Source: a virus (Duplodnaviria > Caudoviricetes). From it: a stretch of 64,000 nt of DNA. This document shows, in pieces, positions 35,316-45,187 of the stretch. Under the pieces are notes generated by a model. It did not search any database, was not told where the DNA came from, and was given only the letters and a program-made list of their open reading frames with translations. Made by a program: the position numbers and the translations under genes. The stretch is from positions 128,001 to 192,000 of the IMG/VR virus record IMGVR_UViG_3300038443_002533; one strand, given 5' to 3'. Position 1 is the stretch's first letter. Each line of letters starts with the position of its first letter.

Positions 35316-35780
35316 ATGGCTGGATTTGTGAAATTGATGTCGAATGAAAACCTGCCGGACGCAAGTCCGTTCAAAGGCTATCAGCTGATCAGCTTACCGG
35401 ACGCTGGCAAGGTCGAATTCAAACGTAATGAGCGAGGTCTCGATACGTGTGTGATCTACACCCCGGAGCATGATCCAGAAGAATACCTGATGTACGGCAA
35501 TGCGTATATCCTGAGCGACTCGGGTAAAACCATTGCTTCCCATGGCACCAACGTGCCCTGCGCATTGGAACCGGGTCAAGAGATCAATGACGCTAAGGTG
35601 GCGGTTAGCGCACTGCTTACGCTGGAACCTGACGATCTGAAAGCGGCCCTTTGCCATCTGGTTGCAACTAAGCCGGAAACCATCCGTGTCATGGGTGGCG
35701 TCATAGCCAATTTGGCGCGGGCCGGAAACGAAGCTGCTATTTACTCAATTCGTCCCGCGGTCGAACACATCAGCACGTAA
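35316..35780 (+). CDS. conserved hypothetical phage protein (GNAYILSDSGKTI motif)
   Basis: SD AGGAG; motif common in phage proteins. Confidence 0.75.
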   Translation: MAGFVKLMSNENLPDASPFKGYQLISLPDAGKVEFKRNERGLDTCVIYTPEHDPEEYLMYGNAYILSDSGKTIASHGTNVPCALEPGQEINDAKVAVSALLTLEPDDLKAALCHLVATKPETIRVMGGVIANLARAGNEAAIYSIRPAVEHIST

Positions 35781-35956
35781 CACCGATCAATGCCCAAGTC
35801 AGTTATTCCCTCCAACCGATTTCGTCATGAAAGATGGCGCATCTGGCTAAAAGTGAATTCCAAGGCCTGACTAGGGCGCCCCTTTGGCTTTATTAGTTGA
35901 AAGAGGTGTTGTGCCACCACACGCCGTCAATCGAGTAGACTAATAAAGCCTTCCCT

Positions 35957-36032
35957 TCCCCGATAGCTCAGCCGGTAGAGCGACGGACTGTTAATCCGCA
36001 GGTCCCTGGTTCGAATCCAGGTCGGGGAGCCA
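35957..36032 (+). tRNA. tRNA-Asn(GTT)
   Basis: TCCCCGA/TCGGGGA, loop CTGTTAA, G-CCA end. Confidence 0.96.
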
Positions 36033-36039
36033 CGAACAT

Positions 36040-36860
36040 AAAAGCTGGAATCTAAGCTAGTAGAGTTATCCTTTAACTTGTGCTGGGGTTGTGTTGTTGA
36101 CACTTTACAACTAAGGCTTGGGTTCCGCCTTTTGTGTTTAACTGTCTTTGGGTTTGACTTGGATCGACCGCGAGTCGCAATTACCATACGAGCGATTACG
36201 ATTATCGAAGAACATATTGGCCTGACTCACAAGTCACCTGGTCAAACCCACCCTTTTTCAGAGGACGCACGTGAGGTCGTGCAGGCTTGAGTATCAAGTC
36301 TAGAATGGGCGTGGCTCCTTACACCTACGGGGATACTTAAGGGAGTCGAGGGAAGTGAGATCTCATCAATCTCCACAATGTGGGTGCAACCCACCCCAAT
36401 ACTCGCACACAGGAACGCCGTGGAAATCGGTGAACAACCAGGAGATGAGCCTGGTCCTCTGAGCTATTCTAAATAAAGGTACTGATGAGCCGTGGAAGTC
36501 GGCCCCTGTGCATACAGGCAAGGTTGCAAACCCTTCGAAACATCTCTTGCGCTTCAAGATACAACGAGATGTATACCAATGGACTTAACAGTGGTAGCCG
36601 TTGCTCTTGTCACCTCCGGGGTCTTGATGGGAGTCTAGTAGCGTTTCTGACACGAGCGCTGAAACTGTACGACTGGTTCAACCCTGTCGGCGTCTGTCAA
36701 ACGTCGTGGAGAGAGGATCAGTAAGTTGTACAACGCGTAAGCTGTGCCGCACGCTCCTAGTGAGCGGGTTCAGTGAGAAGCTAGGTCGTGCAAGACCAAG
36801 TTGTGCAGCCATTGTGAGATTGCGTCGGTTTGGCCAGACTGGCGCAGTTGTATCGGTGTG
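36040..36860 (+). ncRNA. candidate large structured ncRNA (~800 nt)
   Basis: No credible ORF. Perfect 10-bp long-range helix 36149-36158/36241-36250 plus many hairpins. Confidence 0.55.
36478..36577 (+). ncRNA. type I hammerhead ribozyme-like core with multibranched stem II
   Basis: GGTA-CTGATGA-G...C-GAAA-CATCTC...GAGATG-TA-TACC. Confidence 0.6.
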
Positions 36861-36931
36861 AGGCGGGGGAGGGGTGCAAAACTCTCCCCCGTTTCTTATT
36901 CTTTTTATGCCGTCAAAATCTAGGAGTAACT

Positions 36932-37669
36932 ATGTGGAACTTTTTCAAACGACTGTTTGGCGGTGGTAAACGACAAGAACCCCAGATCGATAAGCCGAGC
37001 GGATCGGCGGGCCGCTGCACACCGTACATGACACCGCTCAGTTCCATCAAACCGAAGTCACCGGAGCCCGTTAAAGAAGATCTGAAGCGCCCCAACGGCC
37101 AATGGGAAGAAACGGAAAACCAACGGCCGCCCGAAAGCGTATGGCAACAAAGCTTGCGGCGCGAAATCAATAAGGTTGAAAAACGTCAACGCTACAATGA
37201 AATTTTGAGCCAAGCTGGGATGGATGTTCGCGCCAGGCGATTCGAAGCCGTGCAACAGTCCGTCGATCGGGTTCGCCAAGAAGCACTCAACTCCGCCACC
37301 CCCCAGATGAGTCGACCGCAATTACCGCCCCATGCGTTGACGGATTCGGCGCGCCTGGATTTGGTCCGAAGAGCAACGCTGAGCACCATGTCCCAGCGCC
37401 CAGGATTACAAGCTGGGCTAGACGCGGTTCAGCGTGACATCGAAGCGCGCCGTCGACAGAACGAAGAAGACGAACGTCGTCGCCGTGAAGCCGATGATGA
37501 AGACCGTCGCCGTCGTAACAACGATGACACATTGAATTTGTTGGTAGGCTTATCCTCGATAATTTCTGACACCGTATCCTCATCGTCTGATTCCAGCCCC
37601 AGCTCGGATCCGTTCAGCGGCGGCGGTGGTTCCTTTGACGGCGGTGGTGCTTCTGGAGATTGGTCATGA
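36932..37669 (+). CDS. hypothetical protein with acidic/Arg coiled coil and Gly-Ser tail
   Basis: SD AGGAG before ATG 36932; ends FSGGGGSFDGGGASGDWS. Confidence 0.75.
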   Translation: MWNFFKRLFGGGKRQEPQIDKPSGSAGRCTPYMTPLSSIKPKSPEPVKEDLKRPNGQWEETENQRPPESVWQQSLRREINKVEKRQRYNEILSQAGMDVRARRFEAVQQSVDRVRQEALNSATPQMSRPQLPPHALTDSARLDLVRRATLSTMSQRPGLQAGLDAVQRDIEARRRQNEEDERRRREADDEDRRRRNNDDTLNLLVGLSSIISDTVSSSSDSSPSSDPFSGGGGSFDGGGASGDWS

Positions 37670-37862
37670 CAACCCAAATTTCGCTCGAACGCATTCGTGA
37701 GTTGCAAGCGGAGATCGATCAGATCAACCGACTGCATATCGCTGACGTGGTGATCACCAAGAACGGGAAGCCGCTGGATGTCAGCCCCCGGATCCTCAAC
37801 GACATGCGTCTCACCGGCTTGAATACCTTCGGCCTCTTGAAAGACCTCGATAAACAGAACCC

Positions 37863-38141
37863 ATGAACACATTCACCCAAATCGAACGTTTTCTCGACGA
37901 AAACCGCGGACCAAACCTCTCCGCGAACATGATCGGCATACTCGAAGAAGCCAAGACCCGCGATCTGAGCGTATTCCAATATTACAAAGCGGTCGAAATG
38001 GGTCGAATTGGTAAAGTCTGGGTAATGCCATGGTCCGGTGGAATGGCGATTTCTTTTGGCGATGCTGAAGAAGCCACTCATCTCTGGAGTGACGAGAAAG
38101 GCACTTGGAAGCCCAGTTCGTACTTCCGCCAGTACGTTTAG
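37863..38141 (+). CDS. hypothetical protein
   Basis: ATGA-coupled ORF. Confidence 0.65.
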   Translation: MNTFTQIERFLDENRGPNLSANMIGILEEAKTRDLSVFQYYKAVEMGRIGKVWVMPWSGGMAISFGDAEEATHLWSDEKGTWKPSSYFRQYV

Positions 38142-38370
38142 CAGATTTAGATAAGGAAAGCCATGTGTGAAGAATTGACGTTACATCCACGGGCGATTTA
38201 CGCATATGAGCTGTCGGATATTCAGTTGCGCAGTTTGTACCGCCTCAACAAGAATGACCTCATGTGTGCGTGGCGCACCCCGACCGGGATCGTCGTGTAT
38301 CTCGATGGCCCCAAGCCGAACTGTTACGCGTGGAAGATGTACGGTTGGGAACCTTTTAACGAGGAAGAAA

Positions 38371-38739
38371 ATGGGTAGACATATTGCCAACGGGCAGATC
38401 GAAGTGAGTCTGCATCGGGATGCCGATTTCTCGTCTATGGCTGAGTGCAGTGCTTGGCTGGCCGAGCGTCTGAGATGGTATCCAAAGGAACATTACACGG
38501 TCACGGTCATGGCGGGCGGCACCTACGGCCTGAAAGGGGTGCTTTTCGATCAGATCTTCGAGCATGATTTTACCGCGATGCCAAATGTGAGCATCGTCGT
38601 GAAAAGATGGGACGACCACCCGAGTTTCTCGGCATACCACGGAACGAATCCTTACCCTGGTAACGGAACCCGTGTATTCGGCAATCGGGTTATGGTTGCA
38701 GCAATTCGGGCGATTTATCACCCGCTAGTGGCAAGTTAG
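38371..38739 (+). CDS. hypothetical protein
   Basis: Likely start MGRHIA at 38371. Confidence 0.6.
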   Translation: MGRHIANGQIEVSLHRDADFSSMAECSAWLAERLRWYPKEHYTVTVMAGGTYGLKGVLFDQIFEHDFTAMPNVSIVVKRWDDHPSFSAYHGTNPYPGNGTRVFGNRVMVAAIRAIYHPLVAS

Positions 38740-38823
38740 TAGTATGTAGTACGTAGTAGGTAGTGCATGATTTATCGGTGGAGATGGTGGGATCGAAAAC
38801 TCCATTCACCATCGAGAAAAATC

Positions 38824-39393
38824 ATGAAGAAAATTGCATCTTTGTTTCAACGTAACTATGACGGCGATCGTCAAGTGCGTAATGAAGTCGTTCCGGGTTC
38901 GGAATGGGTAATCCACGGCGAAGGGTATGCGACCCGTAAATGGGATGGCATGGCTATTAAGCTGGAGAACGCTCAGTTCTTTAAGCGTTATGATGCGAAG
39001 GCTGGCAGAACACCGCCCCCTGAATTCATTCCTGCCCAACCGGCGCCTGATCCACAAACTGGCCACTGGCCTGGTTGGGTGCCGTTGCAAGGGAAAGAAC
39101 TCAATCGCGTAGTAGCGGCGTATCAAGACAGCGGCATCACGGAAGACGGCACATTCGAATTCTGTGGACCGACGATTGGTACCCGCCATGGCGCCAACCC
39201 TGAACGGCTCACCAAGCACATCCTGGTGCCCCACGGGCAAGACATCCTGGCCGACTGTCCGCGTGACTTCGATGGGCTCAAAGCCTATCTGGCGAATGCG
39301 GATATCGAAGGGGTGGTGTGGTGGCATCCGGATGGTCGTAAGGTCAAGATCAAAGCAGCTGATTTTGGCCTCGTCAGGCACGCAGTAATCTGA
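38824..39393 (+). CDS. DUF5565 / RLIG1(C12orf29)-like ATP-dependent RNA ligase
   Basis: Motif I TRKWDG, KRYD, GHWPGW, GTFEFCG, L.PHG, motif IV EGVVW, motif V KIK. Confidence 0.75.
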   Translation: MKKIASLFQRNYDGDRQVRNEVVPGSEWVIHGEGYATRKWDGMAIKLENAQFFKRYDAKAGRTPPPEFIPAQPAPDPQTGHWPGWVPLQGKELNRVVAAYQDSGITEDGTFEFCGPTIGTRHGANPERLTKHILVPHGQDILADCPRDFDGLKAYLANADIEGVVWWHPDGRKVKIKAADFGLVRHAVI

Positions 39394-39457
39394 TGTAAGC
39401 TGAATCGGAGGAGCTTCGGCTCCTCCGCTTATGCTGCCCGTTAATTAAGGGACCAAC

Positions 39458-39844
39458 ATGGTAAGTAGTTATGATTACAAGCGATTGGTGGCAGAGATTA
39501 AGAAATGCCCAACCCGACGCAAATACCAGCGTGCGTTTTTAGCGTTGGCGCAGGTCTTACGACAAGATTATTTGCCCATCAAACATGGTGGACACAACGA
39601 CGATGGTGAGATGTGTTTGTATTGGGATACCGGTACGCATTACTGCGATATCGAAGTCAACCCTTCAGCCACCTCGTTCTCGATTTATATCAGACAACGT
39701 AAAGACACCGAAGATGAAACAGAACGTTGCATCCGTCCCGAAAAAGAATGGTTCTTCGGAGCCGTCACCCTCGCCGAGTTCAGCGAAGACTGGATCACCC
39801 AACCCCTCACCCCCTTTAAAAAACAAAGCGGTGAAGAAGTGTAG
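39458..39844 (+). CDS. hypothetical protein
   Basis: SD AAGG; follows a hairpin-TATG module. Confidence 0.65.
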   Translation: MVSSYDYKRLVAEIKKCPTRRKYQRAFLALAQVLRQDYLPIKHGGHNDDGEMCLYWDTGTHYCDIEVNPSATSFSIYIRQRKDTEDETERCIRPEKEWFFGAVTLAEFSEDWITQPLTPFKKQSGEEV

Positions 39845-39921
39845 CTGCCAGTGTTCCCACTGTGTCGCAATGGGGAATGTCCCCAAGAAGAAATAACCAA
39901 CAACATAATCAGGATATCCAC

Positions 39922-40923
39922 ATGAGCTATCAATCCAAAAAAGCAACGTGCCCGCTCTGCAAAGGAAACAAGACGGTCGATACCCAGCGCGAGGTCTTCA
40001 TCATCGGCGACGATGACAAACTGTCCGAAGATGTATTAGCGATCGCCGATGCGATGGCTGGCGATAACGCATGCCCGCATTGCAATGGCGTGGGCGAAGT
40101 GTCGGTACCGCCGTATAGCGACGGGAAAGGCGCGCTTCTGTCCACAGATAAGATGGCGGAGTTGGCCAAGGCAGGTACGGTATTGCGTTGCATCGGCAGT
40201 GCAGTGTTTGTCCAAGCTGTCGCCAACCAAGCTGCGCGTATTGTTCTGCCCGAGGATATCGTGGACACGTATGTCGGTTACTGGGCTGATCCTACCCGTG
40301 CCATCACACTGCGTGAGTATATCTTCCAGATCGCCCAAACCGCAGAAGAACTGGCGATGAAGATGTATGGGAATCTGGGCAACCCTATCTATGCCGGTCC
40401 ACGCAAGCCGGCGCAGCAACCAAGCGAAAAAGTCGAAACACCTCCTGCTCCACCAAGACCGTACTTCTTGACGGATGACCAGTACGATCTCATCGTGCGG
40501 ACCATGAAAAAGGTGTTTGGTCTCGATGGCTTGGAATTCAAGAAGTCCATCATGGATATCGCGAAGATCGCCCACGCCAATGGCGTCGAACAAACAACGA
40601 AAGCGATCCAAGCGTCGATGGCGGCCCATTACCCCGAACTTGGGCAGCCGTCACTTGTGCTGAGTCTGATCGATAACGTGGGTTATTACGCGAAAGTGCA
40701 AGTCTTGCTTTATGCGCAGGCTGCGATTGATGCCTACATCGAAGACATGGGGTATCCGCCTCGCGAGACGAGTATGCCTAACGATAAGGGGCAGTTCCTG
40801 GCGTTGTTTGAAGCCTTGATCTCGCAAAATCCTACCGCGTACGAACGTCCTGGTCAAACTGTGTATCAAGTCACCAAAGACGAACTGGAGTTGCTGTATG
40901 AGGTTCTGACCAAAGAAATTTAA
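39922..40923 (+). CDS. hypothetical protein with N-terminal DnaJ-like CxxCxGxG zinc finger
   Basis: CPLCKGNK...CPHCNGVG. Confidence 0.75.
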   Translation: MSYQSKKATCPLCKGNKTVDTQREVFIIGDDDKLSEDVLAIADAMAGDNACPHCNGVGEVSVPPYSDGKGALLSTDKMAELAKAGTVLRCIGSAVFVQAVANQAARIVLPEDIVDTYVGYWADPTRAITLREYIFQIAQTAEELAMKMYGNLGNPIYAGPRKPAQQPSEKVETPPAPPRPYFLTDDQYDLIVRTMKKVFGLDGLEFKKSIMDIAKIAHANGVEQTTKAIQASMAAHYPELGQPSLVLSLIDNVGYYAKVQVLLYAQAAIDAYIEDMGYPPRETSMPNDKGQFLALFEALISQNPTAYERPGQTVYQVTKDELELLYEVLTKEI

Positions 40924-41144
40924 GTCGAGGGGGCTTCGGCCCCTTCACTATGCCGCCTATTTTTTGTTCAGAAACTTTTTGGTATCCTTTTATCATCATT
41001 CTACATTACTTGTATGAAAGTCATCCGTAGCAGCAATCGATGTGCGGCTGATGTGGCACTAGAAATTTTCAAGTCTATATTCCAGTGGTGAATAAGAATA
41101 CCGATGTATGTATTCCTGCCCTTTCAACTATCTCGGAGAATACC

Positions 41145-42128
41145 ATGGACAATCAACAAGTTACCTTTTTCATCCCCGATGCTGAACAAGTTGCTCGCCT
41201 GATCCATGCGGATCCGGATCGTGACTTCCAACTGTTCGGGACCGGCGTACAAGTCTGGATCGGTCAAACCTACCTGCGTCTGAAGCAGAACGGCCTGCCG
41301 GTCAAACTCAGCCATAAAGTCCCGACCTCGGGCATCGTGGTGGTGCACGCTGACCACATCGGCATCGCCCTGCGCGCCCGTAGCTTGTTCTCCAACATCA
41401 CGTTGGTGACGGTGCGGGCTGACCGTCCGCCACGCAACATGGCGGATTATGAAATCGTCCAGAACGGCCACTCGGTCCGTAACGACCACACCTTCCACGT
41501 GCAGCACTGGCCGCAACCGGGCTTGGTGCAACGCGATGCACAGCGTGGTAGCCAAGTCAAGAACGTCGCGTTCAAAGGCGCTGTCGGTGAAATGGCCGAA
41601 GACCTGACCCGTCCGGCGTGGGCGGCTGATCTGGCTGCCCACGGTCTGGAATGGCGTACCGACGCGGTGGCTTTTTCGGACAACGCCTCGTCATACCAAG
41701 TGAATTGGAACGACTATCACGATGTCGACCTGGTGGTGGCCATGCGCAAAGATACGTCGCGTCTGTACACCAACAAACCGGCCAGCAAACTCATCAACGC
41801 GTGGCTCGCTGGCGTGCCGGCGATCCTGGGCCCGGAACAAGCGTTCCGTGAACTCAAGCAAGATGAGCTGGACTACATCGAGGTGAAGTCGGTCGAAGAA
41901 GCCCGCGCCGCGATCCTGCGTTTGCAAAACGACCCGGCCCTGTACCAAGCGATGGTGGAACGGGCCCGTGTTCGTGCCCATCAAGTCACGACCGAGCAAT
42001 GCACCGCGGCCTGGGCGAAGCTGTTGTTCGAAACCATCCCGCAGCGTAAAGGTTCGGTGGTCAAGGCACTGACCAAGTTGTTTGCGAAAAGCATGCGCAG
42101 CCGTTTGAGCTACATGTTGGCAGCATGA
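41145..42128 (+). CDS. GT-B fold glycosyltransferase (family 1/4-like)
   Basis: HWPQPGL..RD, NVAFKG, DY.DVD.VVA.R, KPASKLINAWLAGVPAILG.E. Confidence 0.8.
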   Translation: MDNQQVTFFIPDAEQVARLIHADPDRDFQLFGTGVQVWIGQTYLRLKQNGLPVKLSHKVPTSGIVVVHADHIGIALRARSLFSNITLVTVRADRPPRNMADYEIVQNGHSVRNDHTFHVQHWPQPGLVQRDAQRGSQVKNVAFKGAVGEMAEDLTRPAWAADLAAHGLEWRTDAVAFSDNASSYQVNWNDYHDVDLVVAMRKDTSRLYTNKPASKLINAWLAGVPAILGPEQAFRELKQDELDYIEVKSVEEARAAILRLQNDPALYQAMVERARVRAHQVTTEQCTAAWAKLLFETIPQRKGSVVKALTKLFAKSMRSRLSYMLAA

Positions 42129-42310
42129 AAAAAGGTAGGGACGCTGAGCTGACGGGGAAACCCGTCAGCTCAGTATGCCCGCTATCTTTTTTTGATTCTA
42201 TATCACTTAAATAGCCCGGAAAAGTTAATTGATGACAAAGTGTTATTCTTTTCAAGAAACTTTACGGTATCCTTTTATCCGCTCCACCTATCCATTGAAA
42301 GGAGGCGTTA

Positions 42311-42742
42311 ATGCAAAGCAAGTCGTTTATCCAACCCCATCGGCGCCTGATGCTGAACACGGGTGGTTGGGTAACTAAGTTTCGCTTCTTACTGCCGTTT
42401 CTAACGGAAGATATCGATCAGGCGTTTCATGAAATCCTGTACGTGATGATTGAGTCGATGCGCTATCGCGATAAGGCGATGCGTGAAATCGTCACGATGG
42501 TGAAGAACCTGGAACAAACCATCGACGTGTGGGTGACCTGCAAAGAGGAGATCGTCCGCACCCTCAAACAACTGGCCTTAGAGATTTACTTTCAAGCAGA
42601 GGCACTCCATCTCTACAACGAGGACGGGATTCTGATGTACACCTACAGTCCCCATCCTGATCCCCATTTTGAAGACGTGATGCTGATCAGCGTCCCGCAG
42701 TTGACTTGGAACGGTGCCCTGTATGAGCCACGCAGCTATTAG
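42311..42742 (+). CDS. hypothetical protein (paralog-like with 42723)
   Basis: SD GGAGG; PHRRL start and C-terminal LY..DG.L.Y pattern. Confidence 0.7.
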   Translation: MQSKSFIQPHRRLMLNTGGWVTKFRFLLPFLTEDIDQAFHEILYVMIESMRYRDKAMREIVTMVKNLEQTIDVWVTCKEEIVRTLKQLALEIYFQAEALHLYNEDGILMYTYSPHPDPHFEDVMLISVPQLTWNGALYEPRSY

Positions 42743-43283
42743 CCCGCATCGGGTATTTCTGATTGACCTGCATGATCCGCTCAGTCGTTTCATGCAAGTG
42801 TTGGAGGATTATTGCGACTTGGATTACCAAGACGGTGGCGGCATGCTGACCGAGCAAGAGATCGTGGTGTTGACCATGAACTTCTTGAACATCGCCCATA
42901 ACACCAACGAGGCGATCGAAGCGATGTCGATCCAAGTCAATACGTATTGTAAATACTACCCCACCCCGTATAACAAACATCGGATTTACGAAGCGATTGT
43001 GGTGTACATCCGCAGCATCCATCGCTTGTTTTTAGATGCGGGTCTGTATGGTGACGACAGCTATCTGGCTTACAGCTTCGGTGGATGGCATTTGCCGGGC
43101 GTACCACTCTTGGTACCGACCACTCATCTGCGTTGCTACCCACAGGGGATTTCCACCCTGGTAGACGCTGAACCCGTCGATCCCCGGCCGAGCCGGATCT
43201 TCCGCACCATCACTGAGTCCCACGATTCCTATTACAAAGACTGGCCTTTAACCCCACGCGCCACAGACATTCTTCCTTATTAA
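42723..43283 (+). CDS. hypothetical protein
   Basis: PHRVF start; GLY.DD.YL.Y pattern. Confidence 0.7.
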   Translation: MSHAAISPHRVFLIDLHDPLSRFMQVLEDYCDLDYQDGGGMLTEQEIVVLTMNFLNIAHNTNEAIEAMSIQVNTYCKYYPTPYNKHRIYEAIVVYIRSIHRLFLDAGLYGDDSYLAYSFGGWHLPGVPLLVPTTHLRCYPQGISTLVDAEPVDPRPSRIFRTITESHDSYYKDWPLTPRATDILPY

Positions 43284-43319
43284 ACATCACAGCACTTAGC
43301 TTTTACACGTGAGGTCACT

Positions 43320-43694
43320 ATGCATCATCCTGTCGTTCTGCGCCACACCCACCGAACTTGGCTCAACAGCAAAGGTCAGGTCGTCTCAGCACTGCCGGGC
43401 GAAACCACGGAACCACGCACCGTGTCGATCAAATGGGAAGCCCGTGTGCTCGACGCTGCAACCGAACAACCGATCGAGGGTTTCCCGACCTTGAGCGGTA
43501 CCGACACCCTGGAGCAACACGCCCACCATGAAAGCGCCCTCGAAGAGCTGTACTACGAACGGCTGCGCTGGGTGGACGGTGATAAACCGGATATCGAACA
43601 ACTGAAGCAAAACGTCAACGCCGGGATCTGGACGCTCGATATCCAGATGGAAGATCCCACGCTATTGAACCCCGTCCCTGTCATGAACGACTGA
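43320..43694 (+). CDS. hypothetical protein
   Basis: SD GAGG; followed by a hairpin-TATG module. Confidence 0.7.
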   Translation: MHHPVVLRHTHRTWLNSKGQVVSALPGETTEPRTVSIKWEARVLDAATEQPIEGFPTLSGTDTLEQHAHHESALEELYYERLRWVDGDKPDIEQLKQNVNAGIWTLDIQMEDPTLLNPVPVMND

Positions 43695-43858
43695 TCATCT
43701 TCCACTCAGCCGAAAGGCTGGGTGGAGGTATGACGTTCTTTTTTTATGATCTTGCTTATTCTGTTGACAGAGATGGCCCTACGTGATTTGACGACTATAT
43801 CACGATGATGAGCCATAACCAGGACTCCTCTCCTTCCACTTAACAACCAACAACAACT

Positions 43859-44449
43859 ATGCCGGGTAATTCCAAAGCTTCACGTAAACCGAAACACTCC
43901 GCGACACGTCCCACCCCGGTGGCTAAACAAATCGCAACCGCGTTCTCCCATCCACCGTTGGTGGTCGGGGATTTTATCAACCCTAATAGCTTCGTGAAGA
44001 AAGCCAGCGATCTCGCCCGCTTCTGTATGAATCGCATCGTCAACCAAACCGGTAACTTTGACGATTGGAACAAGTTGATGCACCGCATGTACGCAGGGTC
44101 GGTGGCGTATGCGGATTACTTCAAGCCCGACAACGGCATCGCTGCGACGATTAACGATGCCGTCGCTTCCCTCCAACTCATCATGGTGCGTACGCACTGT
44201 ATCGGGATCGATGGGTTCGGGATGCGTCCGGGTGAACATGCATTGGTAATCGATGCACTCGAACTGATCGATCGCTTGACGCGCAACATGACCAGCCAGG
44301 AAGTGCGCGATGCGTACAACAAGGCTGGGTGGTGGTTGGATGAGCTGGTCGCGCAAAACAAGAAAGCCAGTGACCTGTTCTACGAACGCCAAAAGATGCT
44401 CGGGCAGCTCGCACAAGAGTATCAAGCCGCACAAGCCGCAAGGGGTTAG
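43859..44449 (+). CDS. hypothetical protein
   Basis: Downstream of TATATCAC at 43796. Confidence 0.7.
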   Translation: MPGNSKASRKPKHSATRPTPVAKQIATAFSHPPLVVGDFINPNSFVKKASDLARFCMNRIVNQTGNFDDWNKLMHRMYAGSVAYADYFKPDNGIAATINDAVASLQLIMVRTHCIGIDGFGMRPGEHALVIDALELIDRLTRNMTSQEVRDAYNKAGWWLDELVAQNKKASDLFYERQKMLGQLAQEYQAAQAARG

Positions 44450-45187
44450 CATGTATGAAGTGGGAAAAGTCTACATCTGGCAAAACCAGGTCGGGGAATG
44501 TGCAGCTTTAAATGGCACAGAAACCACAGTGCTGGAAGGTCCTTTTGTTTGGATCACCACCGTGACCCAGGCAAGGCAAACCGGTTGGTTAACCGATAGT
44601 TATCTGCCGGGTGAAGAAAAGAATGACCCGAACCAGATGGTGGCCTTCTTTGGCGATTTGCGGCTTAAAGACCCGCCTAATGGCGAAAAAATAATCATGG
44701 AGTTGTTCAAACAACCTGAAATGGAGACTGCGTAATGTGCGTGCCGGGCTATGAAGTGACGATGTGGGTGTGGGTCGAAAGCAAAACGACGGGACATACG
44801 CTGGTGGAACCGCGTCAGTTCACGGCGGTGGTGCATCCGCCTGTGTGGACGCAGGATGATCTGGTTGCGCTGGAAATGTCGCTCGATCATCAAGCCAAGC
44901 TGAAGTTCTTGGTCGAATTGCGCAAAGATCCGAATCCTTCGCCAAAGGTCCTCTCGATGTTGGTCGGTTCTGACTTCATCATTCGTGGCCTCTTGCAGAA
45001 GTGGAAATCCCCTCAAGACCAGCACGGTCAATATAAAACCGTGATCTACCCCCCGCATCAACTCCGGGCAGCATAACCTACCCCATGACCCCTGCGGGTC
45101 ATGGGGGCGTATGCCCATAATAGAAAATCACCCACGGCGTTAAAGCTATGGTAGGAACTTCACAACTAACAATTAAAGGAAAGCAAC

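Noticed and set aside
34064-35364. Small ORFs overlapping the tRNA region (34188-34565, 34393-34644, 35013-35195, 35143-35364, 35927-36187)
   Set aside because: Their GGEGRIRT/WTRTSD/EEEGFEPS-type peptides are translations of tRNA T-arms, not proteins.
35790-35880. c-di-GMP-I riboswitch-like GAAA hairpin inside a GCCC.AGTCAG/CTGACT.GGGC stem
   Set aside because: Lacks the GCAAA and GACGCAAAGC core; kept only as an unassigned hairpin.
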